Source: Eledone cirrhosa (lineage: Eukaryota). From it: a DNA stretch of 64,000 nucleotides. Where the stretch lies: positions 135,594,001 to 135,658,000 of the forward strand of contig OZ024741.1 of the NCBI GenBank assembly GCA_964016885.1, written 5' to 3'. The translations under genes and the position numbers were made by a program. Shown here piece after piece: positions 15,738-28,178 of the stretch (position 1 is its first letter; each line of letters begins with the position of its first letter). The notes under the pieces are model-generated. The model searched no databases. It worked only from the letters and a program-made list of their open reading frames with translations, and was not told where the DNA came from.

Positions 15738-17426
15738 ATGCGCATTTCTGAGGTGATTGGCTGGTTCAACAAATTGGATAATAAAAACAAACTAAAATTT
15801 ATTCAATTTGATATTGCCAGCTACTATTCCTCCATTTCGCCTTCACTTCTCAGTAATGCTCTATCTTTCGCACTTAAATATTCTGACATCACCACAGATG
15901 AACTTCACATCATCCTCACCGCACGTAAAACCATCCTAGAGTTCAACAACGAATATTGGACCAGAGCCGATACCTCTAACAACTTCGACATCACAATGGG
16001 AGCATCCGATTCATCCCAATTGACTGATTTAATTGGTATCTTCATTTTGAACTCTTTGAGTCGGAAAATTCCTCAACTTCGCGGTGGAATTTATCGTGAC
16101 GATGGACTCTTTACTATCCTAAATTGCAATATAGTTAACCTTAATATTATTAAGAACAATATACGTAATCTCTTTAACCAACATAACCTAAAAATTGAAT
16201 TTGATAATAGTATCAAACTAGCTAATTTCTTGGATGTATCTCTTAATCTTGACACTGGCCTATATTACCCTTACCATAAAAACAATGAGAACCTAAATTA
16301 TGTTAACTTTAAATCTAACCATCCTACCAATATCAATAATGCTATAGTTAGTAATATTGGAAAAAGAATATCTAACATATCCTCTAATAAAAACATCTTT
16401 GATGCTAACGCCAATTACTATAATAACGCACTTTCTAAAGCCGGCTATCCAGATAAAATCAAATATAGTAAAGAAACAAATTCTAGAAAAACTTACAGTA
16501 GAATAATTAACCATGATCATTCCAATAATTTTAATAAAAGACCTAGATACAAAAACATAATCTGGTATAATGCTCCTTTCTCCATCTCTATTAATAACAA
16601 TATTCCTAAATTATTTTTTAGTGCCTTAAATAAATGCTTCCCTCCCTCACATATCTATAGTAAAATATTTAACAAACACACCATCAAATTTTCTTATTCT
16701 ACATCCTCCAATATTTCCAACATCATCTCTAAACACAACAATAAAATACTAAATACTAAATCTCTTCCTTCCAACATTGAATTTCATAATAACAGTAATA
16801 GTACTCCTGACGTCATTGTAAACCCTAGGCTAACTTCTGTAAACCCAAATACAACGTCAAACACAACTTCGCTAAATGTTCATAATCCAACTCTAAATCA
16901 AGAAACTATTATTCCTATTATTCCTATCGCAAACAACTTCTCCAATCCAATTCCTTCTATAGATAACATTAGGTCACTCATTAATAATCTCTCTAATTGC
17001 AACTGCCGCATTAAAAATAAATGTCCTCTCAACAACCATTGTCTCGATAAAAACTTAATTTATCAATGTAAAATTATAACTAGCACCAATTCCTTCACCT
17101 ATTTTGGCTCCACTTCCACCTCTTTTAAAGCTCGTCTCTATAATCATCATTCATCTTTCAAATCCAAACTTAAAAGAACCAACACTGCTCTCTCAGAACT
17201 CATATGGTCCTTAAAAGACAAAAACATTAAATATACCATCTTTTGGAAGAAGGTTTCTTCTGCATCCTCATACTTGAACAGCTCTCTATCTAAAATCTGT
17301 AATCTCTGCCTAAATGAAAAATTTACCATTATCTCTAATCTAGATTCTATAATAAATAGACGTACAGATTTGTTTTCTATCTGCCTGCATAAATTCCATA
17401 GGACTTTTCACAAAGTATACAGTTAA
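15738..17426 (+). CDS. PLE reverse transcriptase plus GIY-YIG endonuclease (N-terminally truncated, 562 aa open)
   Basis: RT motifs FIQFDIASYYSSI, FDITMGASDSSQL, IYRDDGL, NFLDVSL. Linker CNCRIKNKCPLNNHC. Endonuclease NLIY..C...YFGST..FKARLYNH, then CNLCLNEK and C-x-H. The ATG comes from the inverted terminal segment, so it is not the native start. Confidence 0.92.
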   Translation: MRISEVIGWFNKLDNKNKLKFIQFDIASYYSSISPSLLSNALSFALKYSDITTDELHIILTARKTILEFNNEYWTRADTSNNFDITMGASDSSQLTDLIGIFILNSLSRKIPQLRGGIYRDDGLFTILNCNIVNLNIIKNNIRNLFNQHNLKIEFDNSIKLANFLDVSLNLDTGLYYPYHKNNENLNYVNFKSNHPTNINNAIVSNIGKRISNISSNKNIFDANANYYNNALSKAGYPDKIKYSKETNSRKTYSRIINHDHSNNFNKRPRYKNIIWYNAPFSISINNNIPKLFFSALNKCFPPSHIYSKIFNKHTIKFSYSTSSNISNIISKHNNKILNTKSLPSNIEFHNNSNSTPDVIVNPRLTSVNPNTTSNTTSLNVHNPTLNQETIIPIIPIANNFSNPIPSIDNIRSLINNLSNCNCRIKNKCPLNNHCLDKNLIYQCKIITSTNSFTYFGSTSTSFKARLYNHHSSFKSKLKRTNTALSELIWSLKDKNIKYTIFWKKVSSASSYLNSSLSKICNLCLNEKFTIISNLDSIINRRTDLFSICLHKFHRTFHKVYS

Positions 17427-18452
17427 TATTCAATTCTTTATCAATTTAGAATCTTTTCTCAAAGGCACATATACATACACCTCTTTAAAATATACCCATC
17501 TTCCTACCTTACTTTAAAGGGCATTATACACTATACTTGTTTACTCATTACCCTCATTCTATCTTCACCTTGTAAAATCCTTCATAACATATACATTTGT
17601 TTTTTTGACGTTAGAATATTCATCCGCAATCATTATTATTTTTTCTCTCTATCATAAATCTTTTTAATCTCAATTTCATCCTTAATTTATTATTTTTTTC
17701 TCCCCATCAACGAACTCATTCTTAATACATATTAACTCTTTATTCGCATATATTATCAATTCCTTCAATATACAAACTTTAACTTCACATTACTTTTCTC
17801 AAATCCTTCTACACACAAACCTTAATAATTTTTCTCTTCGTTAATTTTGAAATTGCCACAATACTTATCAACATACACTTTTTTTGACGTTAGAATATTC
17901 ATCCACAATTATTATTTTTTTCTCTCTATCTTCATACATAAATTCCCTTCGTTTATTTTCAAATTCCTTTAATTTATACATTATCTTCCAACGGTTTTCA
18001 ACCTCTCTATGTAAAACAATATATCTTTTTCTCAGTTATAAAAACTATCTCTTTCTCTCTATCACCCATCTCTCCCTCTCCACCTTCACTCTCATCTCCT
18101 CCCCCTTTTTTCATCCTTTCCACCCCCCCCTCCCTAAATAAAATATTTTTTCCTCGCACATATCCTCCCTTCGTTAATTTTCAAATTTTTTAAATTTATA
18201 CATTATCTTCCAACGGTTTTCAACCTCTCTATGTAAAACAATATATCTCCTCTCAGTTATAAAAACTATCTCTTTCTCTCTATCACCCATCTCTCCCTCT
18301 CATCTCCTCCCCTTTTTCATCCTTTCCACCCCCCCCTCTCTAAATAAAATATTTTTCCCAATATCACACATCAATCTAAAACCACTTTTCATATGTTGAT
18401 TTAAAACTGCACTATCCACAAGTGTTTTTTAGCCTTCATATCATGTTCTCCT

Positions 18453-18518
18453 GTTTTATCTGATGAAAACACAAATGTTATTGCATGATGATGTTTGTTT
18501 TTGAAATGCGCATAATAA
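18453..18518 (+). ncRNA. Minimal type I hammerhead ribozyme of the Naiad-type family
   Basis: ttttat CTGATGA aaacacaaat...gtttgttttt GAAA tgcgca TA ataaaa; palindromic stem III. Also at about 53632-53698 (+), 49703-49768 (-) and 12917-12982 (-). Confidence 0.85.
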
Positions 18519-18552
18519 AATACATGGAACTCCTTTAACCATCTTTTGATCT

Positions 18553-18583
<31 letters not shown>

Positions 18584-18678
18584 GATGAGATTCTACAGGA
18601 CTAGAACTGTTTCATTCTTACTTACTGTGGTTACCTCCGATTCAACCCGGAATAACGTACTATATATATATATATGTG

Positions 18679-18799
<121 letters not shown>

Positions 18800-19121
18800 C
18801 TGTGTGTGTGTGTGGGGTGTGTAGGTGTGGGTGTGGGTGTGTGTGTATAAACATATACATATACAAGCTGGCCCTGTGCCGCAAAAAATGACGGCTAAAG
18901 GGTAGAGGTGTATTTGTATATATACCTTTCAACTGCGGTCGTTTTATATTCTTGATAATTTATTTCGATATTGCTAGGGACTTGTCTCATTGAACAACAC
19001 ACACACTCACACACTCACAAAAGTGTATCAAATCTAAGAACGCTAGTCAAAGAAATTATTACATACGCACACATCTACACAAACATACACATAAACCAAT
19101 AGACTCAGAGAAAATAATGGC

Positions 19122-19161
<40 letters not shown>

Positions 19162-19280
19162 ATATGTATACATTTATATGTATGAACAACACAGGCGTAG
19201 CGAACGCTGTTTTGTTTTCTATAGTTTGTCAGAGCCTCCTTCCCTCCACACTCATCACATACATGTGTGTGTATGTAATC

Positions 19281-19462
19281 ATTGGCAGTATCGGTAGAGG
19301 GTCGGACGCCATGCTTTCACGCATAGACTTACGGCACTTTCCAATCTGAGTTCAAATCCCGCCGAGGTTAACTTTGCTTTTCCTCCTTACGGGTTCGATA
19401 AAATGAAGTACCAGTAATGTACTGGTTAATTGCTGGCCTTGTGCCAAAAGTAGAAACAATTA
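19281..19462 (+). mobile_element. tRNA-derived SINE
   Basis: Same family as 13755-14155. Confidence 0.88.
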
Positions 19463-19477
19463 TATATTAGTAGATAT

Positions 19478-19525
19478 GCAGGGTGTCCCGCAAAATGTAT
19501 ACACACTTCAACAGCATTCTAATGA
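19478..19525 (+). mobile_element. Tc1/mariner-type terminal repeat fragment
   Basis: cagggtgtcc...aaatgtatacacacttcaacagcattcta, shared with 55608-55655. Confidence 0.55.
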
Positions 19526-20201
19526 ATATTGCCTCTACAGGTAATCAACGTGTGTATAGATCTTTTGGGAATCACTGTATATGATGTATATATGTATATA
19601 TATATATATCTATATATATATATATAGAGAGAGAGGGATGTTTGTGTGTGTGTGTCTGAGTGATGCTTAATCTCCTTGACAACTACGTTAACGACACACG
19701 TGTCTATGGAATGCTTAAACATATTTACTTTAACTTCACAATTTCACGAGCTGGAATTAAGATTCATACACACTCAAACACACTCACACAAACACACACA
19801 CACACCCACACACAACACACTCACACACACACTTAAATACACACACACATATACATACATAATACTTACAAACATCATACATACACACATACATACACAC
19901 ATACGTATGTACATACATACATAAATATACACACACACACACTCACACAATATGAACACATTTTATTTAAATTCCTTTTTTTGTGCATTAGATTCAAGCA
20001 ATAATTCTAAGACTGACATTAGTATTTATAGAAGTCATACATAATAATTTACATAGTTTTCCTCAAATGACAATTTTTTTTTTACAAAAATTTGCATAAT
20101 TAACAAGAAGCTGAAAACATTAAAATTTTATATCACACTGAACCCCCCCCCCCCCACCGAAAGAATCTATGCCATTTTATGAAATAGATTAGCTGAATAA
20201 T

Positions 20202-20666
20202 AATTGTTTCTACTTTAGGCACAAGGTCAGCAATTTGAAGAGGAGGGGAAAGTCGATTAAAGGTGCTTTATTTTATCGACCCCGTAAGGATGAAAGGTAA
20301 AGCTAACCTCGGCGGGATTTGAACTCAGAACGTAAAGAGCCGTAACTCTATGCTACAAAGCATATTGTCCGACGCTCTACCGATACTGCCTATCCATTAA
20401 TAATAATAATAATAATAATAATTGTTTCTACTTTTGGCACAAGGCCAGCAATTATCCCACTACATTACTTTATTTTATCGACCCCGTGAGGATGAAAAGC
20501 AAAGTTAACTTCGTCGGGATTTGAACTCAGACTGTAAAGGGCCATGACTCTATGTTGCAAAGCATGGCGCCCAACCCTGATTTGCAGCATAGAGTTATGG
20601 CCTTTTACGGTCTGAGTTCACATCCCGCCGAGTTTAACTTTGCCTTTTATCCTTACGGGGTCGATG
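20202..20666. mobile_element. Cluster of three SINE copies (two on -, one partial on +)
   Basis: About 20202-20395 (-), 20419-20577 (-), 20581-20666 (+), with (TAA)n tails. Confidence 0.85.
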
Positions 20667-22611
20667 ATAATAATAATAGAATATGCTTCAGAAAATTATT
20701 GATATCCATCCTGGGGTTTGGTAATGTAAAGATATTTATTGATTTTCTTGTTGTTTCTTATGTTTCAGAGTTGGGTGGGTTTTTATTGTTGTTGATGATA
20801 CTCTAGTTTTTGTTGTTGTTGTCGCCGTTGTTACTCTCGTTGTTGTTGGTGTTCTTGTCTTGTTCTTGTTGTTGTCGTTGTTGTCTTGTTGTTGTCGTTG
20901 TTGTCTTGTTGTTGTCGTTGATGTTTGTTGTTGTCGTTGTTGTCGTTGTCGCTGTTTATATTGCTGCTATTTTTGTTGTCTTTGTTGCTATTGGTGCTGT
21001 TATTGTTGGCGTCAGCAACGTAGTCTTCGTTGTTGTTGTTGTTGGTTTGTAATTTGTGAAGTTGGTTGGGCGTCACATTGAAAATATTAGCAATATTAAG
21101 GACGTTGCGAAGTCATTTGAAACGGAAACAGAAGTTCCGTCTCTGTTAGTTATCACTGGATATTTGCATAGTTTTAATGGTGAACGCCATTAAGATTGAA
21201 GTCTCGCCTTCAATCAACGGCAATCGAAAGAACTTCAAAGGCCAAAGAATGATCAGTTATAATAACTCACATGTAGGGACACGTAAGCTAAGTGCCATTA
21301 TATGCAGATTGTGTCAAACGACACATAGACGATGAAGTAGATCGGTTTGTTTTTCACCCACTCACTCTGCTCTGCTGTCTTATATTCTCTTCTGATATTC
21401 TCTTGGGTTTTGCGATGAAAGAAAGCTTCAAACTTCAAACAGTTAACTGACCGTACATTGTCTGTCTGTATTTGGCTTGCTTTGATAATTATTTCATAAG
21501 AAATTGTATTAATAATCATCTTTAAGCAGAGAGGGAGAGAGAGAAAGAGAGAGAGAAAGAGAGAAAGAAAGTGAGAGAAAGAGAAAGAAGGAGAGAGAAA
21601 GAAAATGAGAGACAGAGAAAGAGAGGGAGAGAGAAAGAGAGAAAGACAGAGAAAGAGAAAGAGAAAGACAGAGAGAAAGATTGTCAAAGAAATCTCTCTG
21701 TTGGATAACGTATTTAAAATATCAAAATAAAAGTTGAAAAATTCAAAGATTTAGTCTTTATTACCAATCCTAGCGTTTATTCCTCCTCTCTCGTATTATT
21801 AGATAAGAGACATAACGAAACTTGAAAGAAAAACAGCGTTAAATGAGGAAAATGACATTCAAAACCTCCTGGAACACAAAATCAATTAAACGAAACAAAT
21901 AACTTTATTTTGACTGGCGAAACATTTTCCCCTAATCGATAATTTTGGGGAGACGAAATAAGTTTTCATCAATAGATTAACAATAACATTTTCGAAAAAA
22001 TCAACTCACGGGAATATACACAGTATATACCACGCATAAATAATACACACGCACAATATACAATGCACAAACATACACAATACACGCAGATACAAAGACA
22101 AGCATACAAAACACACATGCTCACATACAAAATACTGAAATAAGCTATATATATATACATACATATATATGAGTAACAGTCGATGAAAATATGACAATCG
22201 AAACATAGTCAGCAGAAATGTGTGACCGCCATGGCAAGAAGATTAAATCTTCTGCTGAGGACAAATCTCTCCATATATAAAGAAATAAAAAAACCAAAGA
22301 AAGATAAGCGAAGCAGATTCCATCTGAATATCTAAATATACGCATCAATTATAATATTCCCCGATAACAGGTTTTTTTTTGGGGTGGGGGTGGGCTTTTA
22401 TTTTTTTATTGCAATATTGATTATCTTTGTGTGAAACAAAAGACCAATATTTGCATTGTCGATCAAACCAGAGACAATTCATGACTCTTACATATTTTAT
22501 CGAACCTTTAGGATAAGGTTCATACTCAACTGCCACTGGATTTATATTGAAAACGTCATAGATGGAAGGGTATTAAATACTGAAAGATATTTGTTTCGAT
22601 ATTGTATTACC

Positions 22612-22745
22612 ACGGGTATGTGATTAAGGTGTTGGGCTCACAACCATAAAGGTTATGAGTTCGATTTCCGGTCGTGCGTTGCATTCTGGAGCATGACACT
22701 TTATTCATGTTGATATAGTTTAGTCAGCTGACAAAAATAAGTTGC
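22612..22745 (+). mobile_element. Degraded tRNA-derived SINE of a second family
   Basis: A-box-like tgtgattaagg, B-box gagttcgatttcc, followed by gagcatgacacttt. Confidence 0.5.
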
Positions 22746-24714
22746 CCCTGTAATACAAATGCTTTTTATTCAATAAATGATTACCAACTCTTCATGAGAG
22801 CTTCATTAAGAGTGTACATCCGTGTGATATAAACAACCATTTGCAGGTTAACTTCGATCCATGGATCGAACACTCGTTGATGGAGCTAATGGAGGCCCAA
22901 CAATACAACGACATTTATCAGGACTGCGTTTCTCTATGCGGTGAATTGACAGGAGTGTTAAAAACTTGCAGGGATTGTTTAGTTTCCTTAAATTTCGTGT
23001 TCGAAAGTCAATAATCTCAAGCGTCGTGTGTGGCTAGTAAACAGGCTTTGGGTGCTTGCATGTTTGATGGCATCTTTGTTTGGGATTTGGTTTTGCTATT
23101 TAATGCCCATGATCTGTGTCAAGCAGAACATTTGGAAATCATTTAGGTGGCGTTCCCGAGCACATAGGCCTACTAGACTTTCATATTTGTACTAATCTTG
23201 TTACACAGTAACTTATAGGCGTTACATTTAATCTATATACAGGTAAGGAGAAAACATACAGAAAACAACGAGAATGACTTGCATGCATTAATATAGACTC
23301 CTATAAACAAACCCTAATTTAAAAAAAAATTAGAAATCCAGGTTGAGCCTGGCTGACAACCTATCAAATCAAGGATTGTGTTGCTTCACCCCGTTAGATA
23401 TATCGACTGTGCCTATAATGACCCCACATATGAGATACAAGTATAATACGTGAAAGTCTGATTCGGTGACAAACCGGATAATGGATGAGAGACCATATTG
23501 CTGCTGTGAGATGAACGAATTTTACAATGGTGATGAACTGATCTTTGATCATTCAGTTGCTTGTGCATTCAGCTTCGAACTGTAGTACACCATCATAGAC
23601 AACTCTCTACACCTTCCAGCAGGAATGGCAAAGGCTGTGAAGATGCACTTCAGTTGGCCTTACCCATGATTCCTCTGGCCACCAACTTGGTGAGAACCTT
23701 TAGTTTGGGCCCTATACAACTCTATTTTTGGCAGCTGGGACTTAACCATACAGATTACGTTCCTGGACCATCGTGGAATGTGTTTTGTTATTGTCTGGCA
23801 GTAAAAGATTTCACACGCCTAACAAATTTAGTAAGATAAAGTTTCTCCTTCTCCTTGATTCCAAAGCTAAGGTGCAGACAATGAATGTAAAGGGCTTTCA
23901 AGATTATTTCTTCGATATAGCTGCACCCTATCAAAACAACGATATTCCAATAATCATCGTTAATCCTTAATTACATTAATTTGTTCATGCCCCGATTATA
24001 AAAAATCATAATGAGCAGAAAGAAATTTAAGCAAAGATATAAAAAAGGAAGGAGTAAATGATCAGGACGGACCGAGGAAGCAATGTATCCATTCGTCATT
24101 CTATTATTGCTGATAGTATCTGTTGGTCACAATTCTTGGTTGATTTGAACTTAAAACGCACAGGGCTACATAAGATACCACAAATCATCACATATGCTTC
24201 TTTAAAAGTCATACCATCTCTCAACCCCTACTGAATTAGGACTTTATGTTTCGGCATCGAACAGATGCAAGTAAAAGATGATTGCGGCGGAATTTGAATT
24301 CAGAGCCAGAAGAACTGGAGAAAATAACGACGCGTTTAATACCGCATATGTAATTAACTAAAACATAAACTAAAAATAGTTTCACAATTTATATGTATGC
24401 TATACGACAGAAACAAATCTCGATTCTAATTTAACGATCAGTATAGACGTCAACGATTGTTTAAGAGATAAATTACAACAATTATACTATCTACAAGAGC
24501 TTTCCACATGAGATCTGAGTTGTTGGCGACACACAGCAGCGCAAGAATTTTATCTGAAAATTATCTCTGTAATGATCTTATTGATTAATGGACAGCATAT
24601 ATGTAATCATAACGCATTTGTTTATCAAGTAATCCCCGAGTTTCTGTCTTATTGTCTTATTGGGAAACTTTGTGAGGATACTCCCAGTCTTCAGTGTCGT
24701 TAAAACGGTGAAGA

Positions 24715-24855
24715 AGCAGATTCATTAGACTGTCGGATAGAATGCATAGCGGCATTCAATACGACTCACAGTGCTTTCTGAGTTCAAATCCTGCCGAGGT
24801 CAACTTTGCTTTTCATCCTTTCAATGTAGATAAATAATGTACCAGTTAGCTACTG
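24715..24855 (+). mobile_element. Degraded SINE
   Basis: gagttcaaatcctgccgaggtcaactttgcttttcatcc core. Confidence 0.75.
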
Positions 24856-25040
24856 ATGTCAAGTTTCCGCCTATATATCTTACTCACTTGTGTTTTCTAT
24901 CACTCGCTCTGTTTCTTTGGAAACAATTGGTTCTGTTCATATCCGCTATGTTTAAATGATCTAGACGCGCAGTGTGTCAAGATGGTCTTCTTACGACTCC
25001 GACAAGAGGTAAGGGGTATATTATATATATATATATATAT

Positions 25041-25387
25041 AGAAAGATAAAAAGATGAAATTGAAAATGCAACTGGAGTCTTATTTAAAAAAAATATATA
25101 TATTTATTTGGTTCCTTTACCGGTTTCGCAGTTCTTCTGCTTTTCAAAAGTAGAGTTGAGATGGAGGGTCTGTGGTTTTTCTCACGTGAGAAAAACCACA
25201 GATCCTCCATCTCAACTCTACTTTTGAAAAGCAGAAGAACTGCGAAACCGGTAAAGGAACCAAATAAATATATATATTTTTTTAAAAATAAGACTCCAGT
25301 TGCATTTTCCATTTCATTTTTTTTTCTTTATACTTTCACTCGTGTAGGACATCTCGGTTATTTTTCATTTTGTAAAAAAAACTTTAC

Positions 25388-25393
<6 letters not shown>
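25041..25393. mobile_element. Fold-back element with a non-canonical hammerhead-like motif
   Basis: Inverted arms of about 145 bp centred on cacgtg (about 25186), with the right arm extended. The family recurs at 45789-45990 and 63818-64000. Confidence 0.85.
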
Positions 25394-25484
<91 letters not shown>

Positions 25485-25726
25485 AGTATGCATGTATACG
25501 TACATACATATATGTATACAGACGTACAGTAGCATGCACATATATATATATATATACATATATACATACATATGCATACAGGTACACATACATATATGCA
25601 CGTATCAGTTTAGCGGCGCTTATTATAACGTCGCTTTGTTCGTTTGTAAACAAACTGAACAGCCTGAATTTATGCCATACGGTGTTAAGGCAACCACGTC
25701 ACCTTTTTGTTCAACACTGACACAGG

Positions 25727-25771
25727 AACGATGTACTAGTTTCAAGCTTGTTAGCTATCATCAGCACCGTT
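25727..25771 (-). ncRNA. Type I hammerhead ribozyme, first of 5 minus-strand copies (period 472)
   Basis: Reverse complement of the 28134-28178 motif. Copies start at 25727, 26199, 26671, 27143 and 27615. Confidence 0.9.
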
Positions 25772-28133
25772 TACCCATCTGCCAGATAGTTGAACGTTCG
25801 AAAGTATATACTTTCCTTATGAAAATTAACGGCTGAGCAGCCTAATTTGCATATTGAGTGAGTTAAATCGGTCAGGCATACCGAAAGCGATAAATTGAAA
25901 CAAAATGAAAACGAAATTTCATTTCTCACTCTTAGTATGGCACTTACTTAAATGTAAGTATGCATGTATACGTACATACATATATGTATACAGACGTACA
26001 GTAGCATGCACATATATATATATATATACATATATACATACATATGCATACAGGTACACATACATATATGCACGTATCAGTTTAGCGGCGCTTATTATAA
26101 CGTCGCTTTGTTCGTTTGTAAACAAACTGAACAGCCTGAATTTATGCCATACGGTGTTAAGGCAACCACGTCACCTTTTTGTTCAACACTGACACAGGAA
26201 CGATGTACTAGTTTCAAGCTTGTTAGCTATCATCAGCACCGTTTACCCATCTGCCAGATAGTTGAACGTTCGAAAGTATATACTTTCCTTATGAAAATTA
26301 ACGGCTGAGCAGCCTAATTTGCATATTGAGTGAGTTAAATCGGTCAGGCATACCGAAAGCGATAAATTGAAACAAAATGAAAACGAAATTTCATTTCTCA
26401 CTCTTAGTATGGCACTTACTTAAATGTAAGTATGCATGTATACGTACATACATATATGTATACAGACGTACAGTAGCATGCACATATATATATATATATA
26501 CATATATACATACATATGCATACAGGTACACATACATATATGCACGTATCAGTTTAGCGGCGCTTATTATAACGTCGCTTTGTTCGTTTGTAAACAAACT
26601 GAACAGCCTGAATTTATGCCATACGGTGTTAAGGCAACCACGTCACCTTTTTGTTCAACACTGACACAGGAACGATGTACTAGTTTCAAGCTTGTTAGCT
26701 ATCATCAGCACCGTTTACCCATCTGCCAGATAGTTGAACGTTCGAAAGTATATACTTTCCTTATGAAAATTAACGGCTGAGCAGCCTAATTTGCATATTG
26801 AGTGAGTTAAATCGGTCAGGCATACCGAAAGCGATAAATTGAAACAAAATGAAAACGAAATTTCATTTCTCACTCTTAGTATGGCATTTACTTAAATGTA
26901 AGTATGCATGTATACGTACATACATATATGTATACAGACGTACAGTAGCATGCACATATATATATATATATACATATATACATACATATGCATACAGGTA
27001 CACATACATATATGCACGTATCAGTTTAGCGGCGCTTATTATAACGTCGCTTTGTTCGTTTGTAAACAAACTGAACAGCCTGAATTTATGCCATACGGTG
27101 TTAAGGCAACCACGTCACCTTTTTGTTCAACACTGACACAGGAACGATGTACTAGTTTCAAGCTTGTTAGCTATCATCAGCACCGTTTACCCATCTGCCA
27201 GATAGTTGAACGTTCGAAAGTATATACTTTCCTTATGAAAATTAACGGCTGAGCAGCCTAATTTGCATATTGAGTGAGTTAAATCGGTCAGGCATACCGA
27301 AAGCGATAAATTGAAACAAAATGAAAACGAAATTTCATTTCTCACTCTTAGTATGGCACTTACTTAAATGTAAGTATGCATGTATACGTACATACATATA
27401 TGTATACAGACGTACAGTAGCATGCACATATATATATATATATACATATATACATACATATGCATACAGGTACACATACATATATGCACGTATCAGTTTA
27501 GCGGCGCTTATTATAACGTCGCTTTGTTCGTTTGTAAACAAACTGAACAGCCTGAATTTATGCCATACGGTGTTAAGGCAACCACGTCACCTTTTTGTTC
27601 AACACTGACACAGGAACGATGTACTAGTTTCAAGCTTGTTAGCTATCATCAGCACCGTTTACCCATCTGCCAGATAGTTGAACGTTCGAAAGTATATACT
27701 TTCCTTATGAAAATTAACGGCTGAGCAGCCTAATTTGCATATTGAGTGAGTTAAATCGGTCAGGCATACCGAAAGCGGTTTGTTTACAAACGAACAAAGC
27801 GACGTTATAATAAGCGCCGCTAAACTGATACGTGCATATATGTATGTGTACCTGTATGCATATGTATGTATATATGTATATATATATATATATGTGCATG
27901 CTACTGTACGTCTGTATACATATATGTATGTACGTATACATGCATACTTACATTTAAGTAAGTGCCATACTAAGAGTGAGAAATGAAATTTCGTTTTCAT
28001 TTTGTTTCAATTTATCGCTTTCGGTATGCCTGACCGATTTAACTCACTCAATATGCAAATTAGGCTGCTCAGCCGTTAATTTTCATAAGGAAAGTATATA
28101 CTTTCGAACGTTCAACTATCTGGCAGATGGGTA

Positions 28134-28178
28134 AACGGTGCTGATGATAGCTAACAAGCTTGAAACTAGTACATCGTT
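28134..28178 (+). ncRNA. Type I hammerhead ribozyme, first of 7 plus-strand copies (period 472)
   Basis: Stem I aacggtg/catcgtt (one G-U); CTGATGA at 28141; stem II agct-aaca-agct; GAAA; palindromic ACTAGT; predicted cleavage after GUA at 28171. Cores at 28141, 28613, 29085, 29557, 30029, 30501 and 30973. Confidence 0.9.

Larger units (their letters stand above)
15601..18560 (+). mobile_element. Naiad-type Penelope-like element, 5'-truncated, with an inverted terminal copy at the 5' end (copy 1)
   Basis: 15601-15746 is an inverted copy of the 3' end. Then the ORF, a 3' UTR with internal duplications, an HHR at about 18453, and (TA)n on both sides. Confidence 0.92.

Noticed and set aside
15738-17426. 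Selenocysteine recoding, as reported for some Naiad elements
   Set aside because: The Cys motifs are encoded by ordinary codons, and there is no in-frame TGA in either open frame.
20810-21050. Cys-, Val- or Asn-rich ORFs
   Set aside because: They come from a degenerate (GTT)n microsatellite.
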